A DNA stretch of 63,915 bases, the filler included, from Octopus bimaculoides (Eukaryota): assembly GCF_001194135.2 (NCBI RefSeq). It is 6 parts of 6 records of this genome, joined end to end, with 100 filler letters (N's around TTAATTAATTAA, not from the genome) between each part and the next. Parts side by side here need not be neighbours in the genome. Positions count along the whole stretch, not along the records: positions 11,040 to 30,498 come from NC_068984.1; 5 more parts are not named here. The stretch is one strand, 5' to 3'. Below are positions 11,446-24,216 of this stretch, in pieces (the stretch's first letter is position 1; the number at the start of each line of letters is the position of its first letter). The notes under the pieces were generated by a model. The model was not told the origin of the DNA. It made no database searches and was given only the letters and a program-made list of their open reading frames with translations. The translations under genes were made by a program, and so were the position numbers.

Positions 11446-12686
11446 GAATATGCACGTGACCATGTTCTTCTCTGTGTGTGTGTCTATATGTATTCGTGTG
11501 CATTTGTGCAATTCCGTAGGTGAAGCAGATATTGAAAACATTTCAACTTTACTGTACTTCCCGCCTACTGTACAGTTATTATAAACTACAAAGTGCATAG
11601 AACACAAAGTAAATTGTCATTAATTTTCAGAAGAAAAGAAATGAAATACTGAATAGATTTCAAGAAAAGGAGTTGGTGCGAACCAGTGGTGCAGCAATTG
11701 GTGCACATGGCTATTGTATTTTATACCAGATATAACATTAGGCTAGTAACAATGATTTTACATAGTTGCATGTATACATACATTCATATGTATTTGTGTG
11801 TATGCGTCTATATATGTATGTATGTGTGTATGTATGTATTATCTATCTATCTATGTATCTATCTATCTAACTTTCGGTCTGTCTGTCTGTCTGTCTGTCC
11901 GTCTTCAAAAATGATTGAAATGCAAATCACCAATCCGTAAGCATCTTATATCAACACTTGAGAGATACATCGCAACCATTGGGAGTGGGGAAAGCGGGAT
12001 TGGTTAGTTTTTTAGATATATGGGAGTGTCTGTTTTAGTGACATAAATTACGATATGCTTGATATGTTTTCTTGTACTAATCTGTTCGTCATATTACATA
12101 ACAGCACCGTACTGGTCGCATAGAATCCCATTGAGTCATGTAGGAGGAGTTCAACATCGATACTATCAAGAGGCAAAATTACCAATAAGGTAATTTTGTC
12201 GCTCACCTTGTGCATCCATCTCTACTCACCTATCTATCTATCTATCTATCCCTATCTCTCGCCTCTGTGTGTGTGTATATATATGTATATATATGCATGT
12301 GTGTGTGTGTATGTGTGTGTGTATGTGTGTGCGTGTATGTGTGTGTGTGTGTGTGTATGTGTGTGTGTAAGGAATAATTATTCTATTTCTATTATATTGT
12401 ATTCATATTTGGCATAGAATAAAAAATGTTACTTTACTGAAATTTTATTACTAATAATATACGCAGGAGACACCGAAGATAAACACGACGCGAGTTATAT
12501 ACTAAAATGTAAGCACAGACACACACGCTAATACCGCATATATATTTTCCAGGCATATCGTGCTCCTTGATGCACCATGCGCATAAATATATATTCTTGC
12601 TTGCTTCCACCATCAGTGGTATCAGGAAGAAAGCTGATTTTATGCACCTGATAAATATGTGAAGCAACATCCAATTCTTTTATATT

Positions 12687-12900
12687 CTTTTCTACTCTAG
12701 GCACAAGGCCCGAAATTTTGGGGGATGGGGGGGGGACAGTCGATTAGATCGACTCCAGTATGCAACTGGTACTTAATTTATCCCGAAAGGATGAAGGGCG
12801 AAGTCAACCTCGGTGGAATTTGAACTCAGAACGTAGACAGACGAAATACTGCTAAGCATTTCGCCCGGCGTGCTAACGTTTCTGCCAGCTCGCCGCCTTA
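12687..12900 (-). mobile_element. SINE family A copy
   Basis: Reverse complement of family A, close to the copy at 1840-2050. Confidence 0.85.
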
Positions 12901-14623
12901 ATATATATGCTTTATATTATCGTTCTCAGCCTACATTTATTTGTCTTCACAGAGTACTCCTTTAATGCTTTATACGAAGGAATATTTTCGTTATATTTGT
13001 GATATATTAATGTATGTAATCAATATAATAAAATCTTTTTACGTTTTGATTGACATTGTATTCTAATCGTTAATCTAAAAGAGAAGAGCATTGTAAAGGA
13101 AAAGTGTTAGAAAGAGAGCAATATTTGATTCTTAGGTGCATCGGCTGTTTAGGGCATTTTATAGTATTGATTTATATGTTTGTTCTGTGTATAATATCGG
13201 TTTTCTTTCTCGTACGAGTTTTATTGCAAAACGTTGACGATGGAAACATAATGCTAGAATATACATATATGCTTATACTGATTTTAGAAGTACGTTATCA
13301 TGTCCAGCGAACATATGTATTCAAACGAACATGTATAACTTCTGTTCATTAATTTTTGTCTTATCGCTCAGGTCAACCTTACATATATCCTATATTATCG
13401 CTCCAAAGTTGAATTAATTGATCTTCATAAAACAATCTTCTTAAACTTTACACTGTGAAATACATATTTACCTGTGTAAATCTATATAAGGAACTCCCCT
13501 GAAATACTACGTACTGCTTCTCTAAGATTTATTAAATTAATTAATATACCTTCTAATATGTATTGCATATCTTATGCACTTTCGTACACATACATACACA
13601 AATATGTGTGTGTGTAAGTATAAGAGAATGTCAGTAGCTGTTTATCAAGTACTATTGTTTAAGTACTATTATTATCAAGTACTATTATTTATCAACTACT
13701 ATTATTATCAAGTACTATTATTTAAAACTTACATTAGTAAATTGAGTGTGTTCATTTATATTCGACCTCTGACATTTCAGAACATTTCTTTGATTTTTAG
13801 GACCCTTTCTTTATCTAGACGCATTACTAATTTCGGCCAAAGCAAACACACAGGGAAATTCAACGATTCTGAATTCATCTGAAAAAGACAATAATTCATG
13901 GGATGCACATAAAACAGCGAGATTCCAAACAATGATGTTTCTATTCATTCTGGCAGACTCGACTTGTATAGACATCAACACGATTCCGCAAATAATTTGT
14001 TTACTGATTTCTGTAAAGAAGAGCCTGTACTTTGTTAAATTCACCGCTCTAACATCAAGGCAACGTGGTATCTCAAAGCCCTCTTACACCGGTGAACTGT
14101 GTACGTTATGAACACAAAGGGAGGAGTGTTTCTTCGATGGCGAAAATAACAGTGATCGGATATTCACATTCGAATTTGTTAAAACGTATTAAGAATGAAT
14201 TAATACATAATTATTTCGATTTTCACTGTTCTCTGTGCACCTCATGTTTGGCAGACATCAGTACGCATCAACAAATTATTTGTTTGCTGATTTCAGTCTC
14301 TTGTTAGATCAGTCGGTCTTGATGGGATTCGATTTGACTGAGGATACATACAATAAAGTTGATATATCACGGTGTCGAAAAGTGTCCGTACACTGGTGAA
14401 TCCCGTATGTAGACAAATCTTCCGCTGACGAAAGACAACAGCTAATCTGCCAGAACGTTTTGATGAAGAAAAAGAAAAAGAGAATTCTATAGAGTACAAT
14501 TCTTACTATGTTCAATTTGCACCGTATTTATGTGGGATGTGAGCCAGTAGGTGTAGCCGAAGCAGAATAGATATCTAGTAGGTACGGAAGCCATAGCGGT
14601 GGTCATTCATTCATTCATTCATT

Positions 14624-14682
<59 letters not shown>

Positions 14683-14762
14683 NNNNNNNNNNNNNNNNNN
14701 NNNNNNNNNNNNNNNNNNNNNNNNNNNNNNNNNNNNNNNNNNNNNNNNNNNNNNNNNNNNNN

Positions 14763-14793
<31 letters not shown>

Positions 14794-14869
14794 GAAAATA
14801 AAGGTTTGGGGGAATATCGTCAATTGGTGTTCTCAATTACTTTTGAGATATGAATAATCTGTACGTTGG

Positions 14870-15035
14870 GTCGATAGATAATTCGTTAGCACGCTGGACG
14901 AAGTGCTTAGCGGTATTTCGTCCATCACCACGTTCTGAGTTCAAATTCCACCGAGGTCGACTTTGCCTTTCATCGTTTCGGGACCGATTAAATAAGTACC
15001 AGTTACGCAGTGGCGTCGATGTAATCGACAAAAAG
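14870..15035 (+). mobile_element. SINE family A copy
   Basis: CGTTCTGAGTTCAAATTCCACCGAGGTCGACTTTGCC core. Confidence 0.8.
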
Positions 15036-16436
15036 TGAAGAAAAAACAAAACAAAAAAAAACGAAAAGAAACACAGACAAATAAACAAGCAAAAACACTT
15101 ACAAAGACACAACAGCTGGCTCTGTTGCTTCTGATGCTGCTGCTGGTGCTGCATATTAAGAAAGTTTGTGAAAGTTTAGGTAGAGGGATTATAGACAATA
15201 AATTATTGATGTTTGCTTTTCTATAAATTTCAAACTGATGTTTGAAGTAGTAACCCAAATATGTGACCTTTGCAACACAAGCACCACCATGTGCATCATC
15301 GGTATTTAACATCACACATGTAAATGAACACACACACACACATATGCACACACACTGACACACACAGAGACACGGACACACACAGACACACACACAGATA
15401 CACACACAGACACACACACAGACAAAGACACACACACACACACATGAACATACACACACTGACACACCATCCCCTCATACACTGGTTTTTATTCATTAAC
15501 AGTAATAACAAGAACAAAATCTAAATGCTCCGCCACAGGTCTTTTCTTTTTCTGTGGTTTAGTGTGTTATCGATTAAACATTAGAGGTTTCTATGAGGCT
15601 TTACACAAAAATATTTGAGACAGAATCACCACGTTACAAGAAGTGTTAATGACAAACTACACAACTCTTAATATTCTACTGAGGCAGCTATATTGCAAAG
15701 ATGAAACAGCAAAAAACAAAGACCACCATCAACAACAAGTTGTTTTCACTGAAACCTAATTATGAAAGTAAACAAAATGGATGCTTTGTGTTTTTACCTT
15801 CTTAACTACTGTGATAAAATATGGGACAGTGTTAACTGCGGTAGTGGTAGGTCGTGTTGGTGGTGATGTTGGTTTAGAGATGTTGCTGCTAGTAGTAGTG
15901 GTTATGTTACTACTTCTATTTTTTATAATGGCAAAGATACAGTGGAAGCAATGATAAACACGGCATCCAACGAGTGAGTTACAGATTGAATGTATTTTTG
16001 ACGGGTAGTGCGGCAAAGAATGTCAGTAACTCGTATGAAGCAAATATCAATATCTCTCAAGATCTATCGTTTTCAAGCACCGGTTTATCGGTTTTCTTTC
16101 CAATTTTATATCTTTCGCCAATATTCATCACTGAAAAATAGGCAAGCAAACACGTATTCTTATATACATATATCCATTCGTTCATCCATCCGTTAATCCA
16201 TCCATCAACATACACATACATACACACACTCACACACATTGACGCACGCACACTCGCTCACACATACTCACACGTACTATACACATGCTCACACTACAAA
16301 CAATTTTTGTTATTACTTCTCTATGAAGAAGGTTGACCACACTATTAATAGAGCTCAATGCAATCAAGCGAAATCCAATATGAAAAATATTTAAGATGTT
16401 AAAAGGCTACAGGTGCACAAAGAGGTCCTGTTAGTT

Positions 16437-16510
<74 letters not shown>

Positions 16511-16981
16511 CTGTATGTCTTATTTAATGCAGATACAAAAATATCTCCCATGGACGTACTGAGTTTAAAACAGAAGTATAAAATCGTCCTGTAGTGGTAG
16601 TGAGGATGCTAGATGTGTAAATCTGCCTCGTTGGGGTTTGCCAGTAGCTTGTACCCACTGGTAACTGTATGCCTAGTCAAAATTTGTCTGATATAGGAAT
16701 ATATAGGAAAACTGATTCAAAAATATAGGATATAGGAAAGCTGATATAGGAAAGCTGATTCAAAAATCTCTGGTGTTGCAATAAGTCACCCGGCTGAATA
16801 AAAATCTGTTGGGTGCTACAGAAGTAATATTGGATTAAAATATACATCTGTGTATTATACTTAATGTAAGTACATCGCAAAATGGTACATTAACTGCAAT
16901 ATTCATACAGATAACTTTTTATGGACTTAATACGTTTTAACACACCTACACACCAACACACAAATATGTATGCATATTTAT

Positions 16982-17040
<59 letters not shown>

Positions 17041-17571
17041 TGTATGTCATTGTAGAATAAAAGAAAAGGCAGTTTAAAATTTGACTTTGAGTAAAGTACT
17101 TTCCAAGAATATGTTAACNNNNNNNNNNNNNNNNNNNNNNNNNNNNNNNNNNNNNNNNNNNNNNNNNNNNNNNNNNNNNNNNNNNNNNNNNNNNNNNNNN
17201 NNNNNNNNNNNNNNNNNNNNNNNNNNNNNNNNNNNNNNNNNNNNNNNNNNNNNNNNNNNNNNNNNNNNNNNNNNNNNNNNNNNNNNNNNNNNNNNNNNNN
17301 NNNNNNNNNNNNNNNNNNNNNNNNNNNNNNNNNNNNNNNNNNNNNNNNNNNNNNNNNNNNNNNNNNNNNNNNNNNNNNNNNNNNNNNNNNNNNNNNNNNN
17401 NNNNNNNNNNNNNNNNNNNNNNNNNNNNNNNNNNNNNNNNNNNNNNNNNNNNNNNNNNNNNNNNNNNNNNNNNNNNNNNNNNNNNNNNNNNNNNNNNNNN
17501 NNNNNNNNNNNNNNNNNNNNNNNNNNNNNNNNNNNNNNNNNNNNNNNNNNNNNNNNNNNNNNNNNNNNNNN

Positions 17572-17611
<40 letters not shown>

Positions 17612-17710
17612 GAGTGAGGCAATTATGTGGATAAAGAAATTAGATATTTCAAATTAAATATAATAGTTTAGGAATGAAGCGCACAATATGTATATATATA
17701 TATGTACTAC

Positions 17711-18689
17711 ATGAAAAACGAGAGAAAGCAAAAGATGAAGACTTTCAGTCGAGGAATATTTAATTATAAATACATAGATATTTATATTAATAGATCCAAC
17801 TTACAAACGACAGAGAAAATTAAAGGGGTTGAAGAAAGGTGTTATAAGTCCAACAGCTTGCTCTAAGGGGTTGGAGATCCATGATAATGTTGATAGATGT
17901 AGTTCATCTCAATATGCGGGCCTAATGGATACAATCAACATAGGATAAGACGATCCTACGTCATCAGCGTAGAGAAGGTCATACATTTAGGTGCTATCTC
18001 CCGAGAGAAGATAATACCTAAATCTACCCCACTCAATTAGATACTAACCTATCTACTGCTTCCTCCCTCTCTACTCACCTCCCTCTATTCAATTTCATAC
18101 AATTCTGCATACCTTACTACCCATCTCCAATACCAACCCACGTTCATTATAGTACTAACCACTGCTATCTTTATCACCAACTCCCAATCCCCATTTTGTC
18201 TACCTCCTTCTATCTTCTCTCATACTTTTCTACATGCTTTAGTAATCGCCCTCTGCCACTGAATTGCACACTTTTACTCCCTCAACAATTTGCCATTCCC
18301 TTTTTCACTATCTCACTATCTCACCTTCCAATAATTTGACACCTATACACATACCAAACAAAACTGATTACAGTCCAGTTACTATCCATTCTATCCCTCC
18401 CATTCATTTCCCAACTCTCCACCTCTACTACCACATCCCTTAATATCCTCATTAATCCTATGTTGATTGCATCCATTACGACCGCATATTGAGATGAACT
18501 ACATCTGCCAACATTATCATGAATTTCCAAGCACCCAGAAGCAGTTGTTGAACACCTTTTTCTACCCCTTCAATTTTCTCTGTCGTTTGTAATCTGTATA
18601 AGTTGAATCTATTAATATAAAAATCTATATAATTGTACTTAAATATTCATCGTTTGAAAGTCTGTCTTTTGCTTTCTCTTGTTTTTCAT
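17711..18689. repeat. ~980-bp inverted-repeat structure: ~240-bp diverged arms around a pyrimidine-rich spacer
   Basis: 17711-17948 matches the reverse complement of ~18452-18689 (e.g. AGATGTAGTTCATCTCAATATGCGG vs CCGCATATTGAGATGAACTACATCT). Both flanks are TA-rich. Confidence 0.75.
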
Positions 18690-18913
18690 ATATACACATA
18701 TACATATTTTGTGTTTCATGCCCAAACTGTTATATTCACTTTAATATTGCTAATTTGCTTATCTGCATAATTGCCTCTATATCCGCCCAACTTGATCCCT
18801 CTCGTAGCCACTCTTTACCCTGTGGAATCGATCCTCTGCAAAGACTTCGGAGTGAAAGTTTGAATGTTTTTAGCACTAATAAGTGTCTTCTATACGGAGA
18901 ATCTCTCACTTGT

Positions 18914-18954
<41 letters not shown>

Positions 18955-18956
<2 letters not shown>

Positions 18957-19245
18957 CCTCAATATACCTCAATATACCACGACGTCTAAAAAACTTTTGA
19001 ACTTTTGAACTTTTCCACTTATGTAAACCTCCTTTATTACCTTTATCATCTTTATATTTTCCTTTACTTTCCTTCACTTCTCCGTCTTTTTCTCCTTGTT
19101 TTCTCCATATTCTTTCTGTTGAAGAGCGTAGCTCGAAACGTTAAAGACTTTCTGTATTCCCGAGCGTCAAACTAATACATCCTTTTGTTGTTTACACCAC
19201 CTGTCCTCGTCTATTGTTGTTTTTTTGTACATTCTTCCATATATA
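18955..19245 (+). mobile_element. Penelope-like pLTR / 3' segment containing a hammerhead ribozyme
   Basis: Pyrimidine-rich tract, then the HHR at 19111-19147 and a T-rich tail, between TA microsatellites. Confidence 0.55.
19111..19147 (+). ncRNA. Minimal type I hammerhead ribozyme with a variant core (CUGUUGA, A6U)
   Basis: UCUUU-CUGUUGA-A-GAGC(GUA)GCUC-GAAA-CGU-U^AAAGA. Stem I (UCUUU/AAAGA) and stem II (4 bp) are perfect, and stem III is ACGU. Confidence 0.65.
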
Positions 19246-19545
19246 CATACATAATTTGATATATACATGGCGCCCACAACTCTTAATACACATGAACTTG
19301 AGGAACCATATTTGAATTTGAGATATTATCTTGCAATCTAGATCCATATATGTATCTTTCTTTCTTCCACTTCCTTCTTAAAGACAAGACGTGCTTTTAC
19401 CTGTCTCTTCTCATAGCCTGTCTTTCTAGCGTTCATAATTTTTCACATCGTCTTGGCTTAACAACCCTCACCGTTCGTTGTTACTGTCTTGTTCGCACTG
19501 TCCTGTTTTTGTTACCACTTTCACCCTCCGGAAAAAATCCCAAAT

Positions 19546-19642
19546 CGACCTCGGCGGAATTTGAACTCAGAACGCCAAGAAAGACGAAACACCGCTAAGC
19601 ATTTCTCCCGGCGTGCTAACGTTTCTGCCAGCTCGCCGCCTT
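19546..19642 (-). mobile_element. SINE family A, 5' half
   Basis: CGACCTCGGCGGAATTTGAACTCAGAAC...GCCAGCTCGCCGCCTT. Confidence 0.8.
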
Positions 19643-21519
19643 CGTATATGAGTTCCTATGCATATATATGCATGTAGATACATGAGCGTATGCGCGTGTA
19701 TCTAGTATGTATATAACCATATACTTGGATGTGCGTGTGTCAGCGCGTATGTATATGTGCTAGTATATATNNNNNNNNNNNNNNNNNNNNNNNNNNNNNN
19801 NNNNNNNNNNNNNNNNNNNNNNNNNNNNNNNNNNNNNNNNNNNNNNNNNNNNNNNNNNNNNNNNNNNNNNNNNNNNNNNNNNNNNNNNNNNNNNNNNNNN
19901 NNNNNNNNNNNNNNNNNNNNNNNNNNNNNNNNNNNNNNNNNNNNNNNNNNNNNNNNNNNNNNNNNNNNNNNNNNNNNNNNNNNNNNNNNNNNNNNNNNNN
20001 NNNNNNNNNNNNNNNNNNNNNNNNNNNNNNNNNNNNNNNNNNNNNNNNNNNNNNNNNNNNNNNNNNNNNNNNNNNNNNNNNNNNNNNNNNNNNNNNNNNN
20101 NNNNNNNNNNNNNNNNNNNNNNNNNNNNNNNNNNNNNNNNNNNNNNNNNNNNNNNNNNNNNNNNNNNNNNNNNNNNNNNNNNNNNNNNNNNNNNNNNNNN
20201 NNNNNNNNNNNNNNNNNNNNNNNNNNNNNNNNNNNNNNNNNNNNNNNNNNNNNNNNNNNNNNNNNNNNNNNNNNNNNNNNNNNNNNNNNNNNNNNNNNNN
20301 NNNNNNNNNNNNNNNNNNNNNNNNNNNNNNNNNNNNNNNNNNNNNNNNNNNNNNNNNNNNNNNNNNNNNNNNNNNNNNNNNNNNNNNNNNNNNNNNNNNN
20401 NNNNNNNNNNNNNNNNNNNNNNNNNNNNNNNNNNNNNNNNNNNNNNNNNNNNNNNNNNNNNNNNNNNNNNNNNNNNNNNNNNNNNNNNNNNNNNNNNNNN
20501 NNNNNNNNNNNNNNNNNNNNNNNNNNNNNNNNNNNNNNNNNNNNNNNNNNNNNNNNNNNNNNNNNNNNNNNNNNNNNNNNNNNNNNNNNNNNNNNNNNNN
20601 NNNNNNNNNNNNNNNNNNNNNNNNNNNNNNNNNNNNNNNNNNNNNNNNNNNNNNNNNNNNNNNNNNNNNNNNNNNATATATACATATGACTCACCCACAT
20701 ACGCACGAGGCAGTGTGGTCCAAGGAATGGACACAACTTAGTGTCAATAAATAAATACTATAAAGTCCAGTACATTGAATTGTTCGGTGGGGGCCTATAT
20801 ATAGTGCGGCCAAGACGGTCCTGCACATAGGCGCGCGCGCGCGCACACACACACACACAAACCTACTCACATGTATGCATACATTGTTTAGTTTAAAAGA
20901 TTGAATACTACACATGTAGATCATTTTCCTTCCTGTAGAGCTTCTCCAAGCGTCATAGAAGTAGTTTTTACACGCACTTGAAAATATAGAGACCACGAGC
21001 ATTTATTATACATGGGATATGAAAAATAGACACCTACCACTCAACATTAAACATGGCAGTCACGAAGATCCCTGAAATCTGTGTATACATCTGAAACATG
21101 AAATCCTTTCCGCAAAGAAATATCCTCATTATAAAGCAATGAGAAAGAAACTTCATATATGTTCCGTGAACATATAAACTTTGAAAATATTTTATCTCTA
21201 TAATATATCCAAATCGATAAAACTGGAATTAATAACACATCAGTTCACTCCATTAAATTCCTGCAAAAGCAATAATACCTCACATTTACAATCTATCTGT
21301 AGACGGCGGTATCTGGAAATATTCACATCATTGTAGACCCACATGATCGATTATTAACATGGCTTGGTATACACATAAGGAAACATAAGGAATGATCTGA
21401 GCTTTTAAGAAATTGAGGTAAAGTTGCAAAGATAAAAGTTGCTGTATAAATGTAGTCAGAAAATAAGTCTGTGAAAGAAGATGCACATTCGTCTTCTACT
21501 TTCCTACGAATCATCTACC

Positions 21520-21575
<56 letters not shown>

Positions 21576-22003
21576 TAATATTAATATTTATTTTATTTTA
21601 TTTGTCTTAAGACTCTCACATTATATTAACTATTTGGCAGTTTCTTTGAGTCCACTTAAACATATTAGTTTCAATATCATTTTTAATACTATTTTCAAGC
21701 CTTTCAAACCTCCACAACTCAATTCATCAAAATGGAGAATTTTTTATTCACCATTTTAATTCAACATTCAAAATGGATATTTCATTAGACCAGAGCGAAA
21801 TTTCGTTTTGTTGTTATAACTAGTAAGAAAGAATATATAAAAATATATAAATGTGACATCGCTCACCTGGGTTCCGTGAAATCTCTAATCACCGAAATGC
21901 AAAGCAAGTAGAGAAATAAAACGTTGTTTGTAAATCATGAACAGAAAAGAAAGCTACTGTATCCCAGTCCTGCACAAGCAGAAAACTACAGGAAGTGTGG
22001 TCC

Positions 22004-22057
22004 ACTGTAGGATGTATAAGTACTGTAGGATGTATAAGTACTGTAGGATGTATAAGT
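22004..22057. repeat. 18-bp tandem repeat x3 (ACTGTAGGATGTATAAGT)
   Basis: Three exact consecutive units. Confidence 0.95.
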
Positions 22058-23842
22058 GGTAAATGTCATCGCACAGCTGTTAATTATATTGTGGTGTTGC
22101 CCATTGTTCCATCGTCATATTTTTCATATCCAACAAATGGAGTCGCTGCTTATCACCGTTTGCTTTTTGTGACTGCTAGGTTTAACATTTCCATTGGGTT
22201 TACATTTCTAAACAACTCTAAATATATTTGTTTAAGATTCACAGTGGTTGTATTCTCCTGATACAAGTGCACTGATATAAGTTTCAAACAATTAAATTAT
22301 TTCAAGTATTTAACTAGTATTTTATTTTATTTTATTGTTCCGTACAGATGAATAGCAAAGGTAATCTCGACAGATTTTGATATCAAGACGCAAGGAGTTA
22401 GTACAAAATAATTGTCTGTCGTACTAACGATTCTGTTAACCCTCACCTACGAGGAGTGCAATATTTAGGGGAAATGATAGGTTACTGGATGATCTACCAA
22501 ATGAATAAGTTTAGCTTACAAAATGTAGCGAGATAAAATAATATAATCTAGAAAAAGTTTGATATCAGAAACTAAAGAATTAAATCGAGAAACTGTTACA
22601 GTAAATAAGCTATTTTAATTTGTGTTCCTGTTTCATCAACCCGGATTGAAAAATATTAATGTATATATGGTGGTAGGAATAAGGGTCATGATGATAGTGG
22701 AGGTGATGACCTTGATAATAATGATGGCGGGGTGGTGATAGTGGTTGTATTTGTAGCGATAGTTTGGCAGTAGTGGTAGATTTAATGAATCTGTGTCATG
22801 ATCGCGTTAATGTCGTGATCAGTTAAGCATTAAAATAAAAGATAGATCACATACATGCTGTGTACATTTAGAATAGATAAATACGAGCGTGAGGACATCA
22901 GGTCGCGTGATTAGTGATAAAATAGAAAATCAATAACGACCCCATTGATAATTGTATGTGTGTGTGTGTGTGTGTTTCCGTGACCTCTTCAATGCCTCTG
23001 TTAATTTAATTTGAACTGAATTAAGTGCAGTTAAGTTCATGGAAAAAGACTAGTGATGCGCTACAATTCTACAATTTGAGATACGATATGAGAAAATTGG
23101 TTTTATAAATAAAAACGGGGAAGTAACCTAGAATGTTCGGCAAAAGAGACGGATAGAGTAAGTACCAAGCTTAAAAATAAACACTGGGGTCGATTCGTCC
23201 GACTAAAATTCTTCAAGGTGGCGCTCCAGCATGGCCGCATTCTAATGACTGAAACAAATAAAAGTATGAAAGAACAATGCATAGATACAACTTCTAAGCA
23301 ATATAGTTTCCTTGTTTCTTCATTTTTTAAATAATTATACTTAAATAAAAGATCCCAGTGAGAGTTATCTATATCTCTAGAATCCATCCATATCTATATG
23401 ACCCCTTTTCTATAAAGGAAAATTTAGATATTCGAGGATACATTTTTTCCCCTCTTAATCTTATATATCATTGATCCACGACAGGGTTAACATTTACATT
23501 TTTTTTTACCACTTCGCTCTCTGACTATTTCAGTTTTTGACCAAACTAAAAGCTCACTGAAGAGGACCAATGTTATGCTACATTTTGATATTCGATAATA
23601 GAAAAAGGTTGTAATAAAATGAATTTAAAAATAAGAGAATAACGCATAAATATAACTTCTAAGCATGACTTTTTCTGTTATTTTTAGTTATAATTACACG
23701 TGAATAAAATATCGGAACAAGTAAAATCTAATTCTGCTAAGTTAAAATTGGTGTTGTCGAAAATTCTGATCAAAAAGTGATCAAATCGGAAATGGATTAA
23801 CGCTTGAGACTGTCATTAAAACAAACATCATGTTTTTAATGT

Positions 23843-24216
23843 TTTATTTGTTTCAGTCATTGGACTCTTGGGACACCACCTTGAAGGGTTTTAGTCGAAC
23901 ACATCGACTCCAATACGAATTTTGTTTATAGCCTTGTCTTATTTTATTGGAATCTATGCTGGACCACTAAGTTACGGGAACATAAACAAACCAGTAAGCG
24001 GACAAACACATCGATACACACACACACACACACATACATATATATACACAACGAACTTCTTTCAGTTTCCGTCTATTAAATCTGATCACAATGCAGTAGT
24101 CGGCCTGGTACTATAGTAGAAGACACTTGCCCAAGTTGCCATGCTGCGGGATAGAACTGAACTCGAAACCATGTGGTTGGGAAGCACACTTCTTTCCATA
24201 CAGACATGCCTGCACC
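23843..24216 (-). mobile_element. SINE family B copy (a plus-strand 3' fragment also lies at ~23135-23270)
   Basis: Reverse complement of the family B head, body and tail. Confidence 0.75.

Noticed and set aside
12099-12190. Exon-like segment (AACAG|...ATAAG|GTAATT), open in one frame
   Set aside because: The phase is incompatible with the TRPC donor and the peptide has no TRPC similarity.
17938-17967. Minus-strand CTGATGA followed by an 8-bp hairpin
   Set aside because: There is no GAAA after the stem, so the hammerhead core is incomplete.
21035-21092. Minus-strand mini-exon candidate MYTQISGIFVTAMFNVEW
   Set aside because: It is too short, has no partner exons and shows no recognisable homology.
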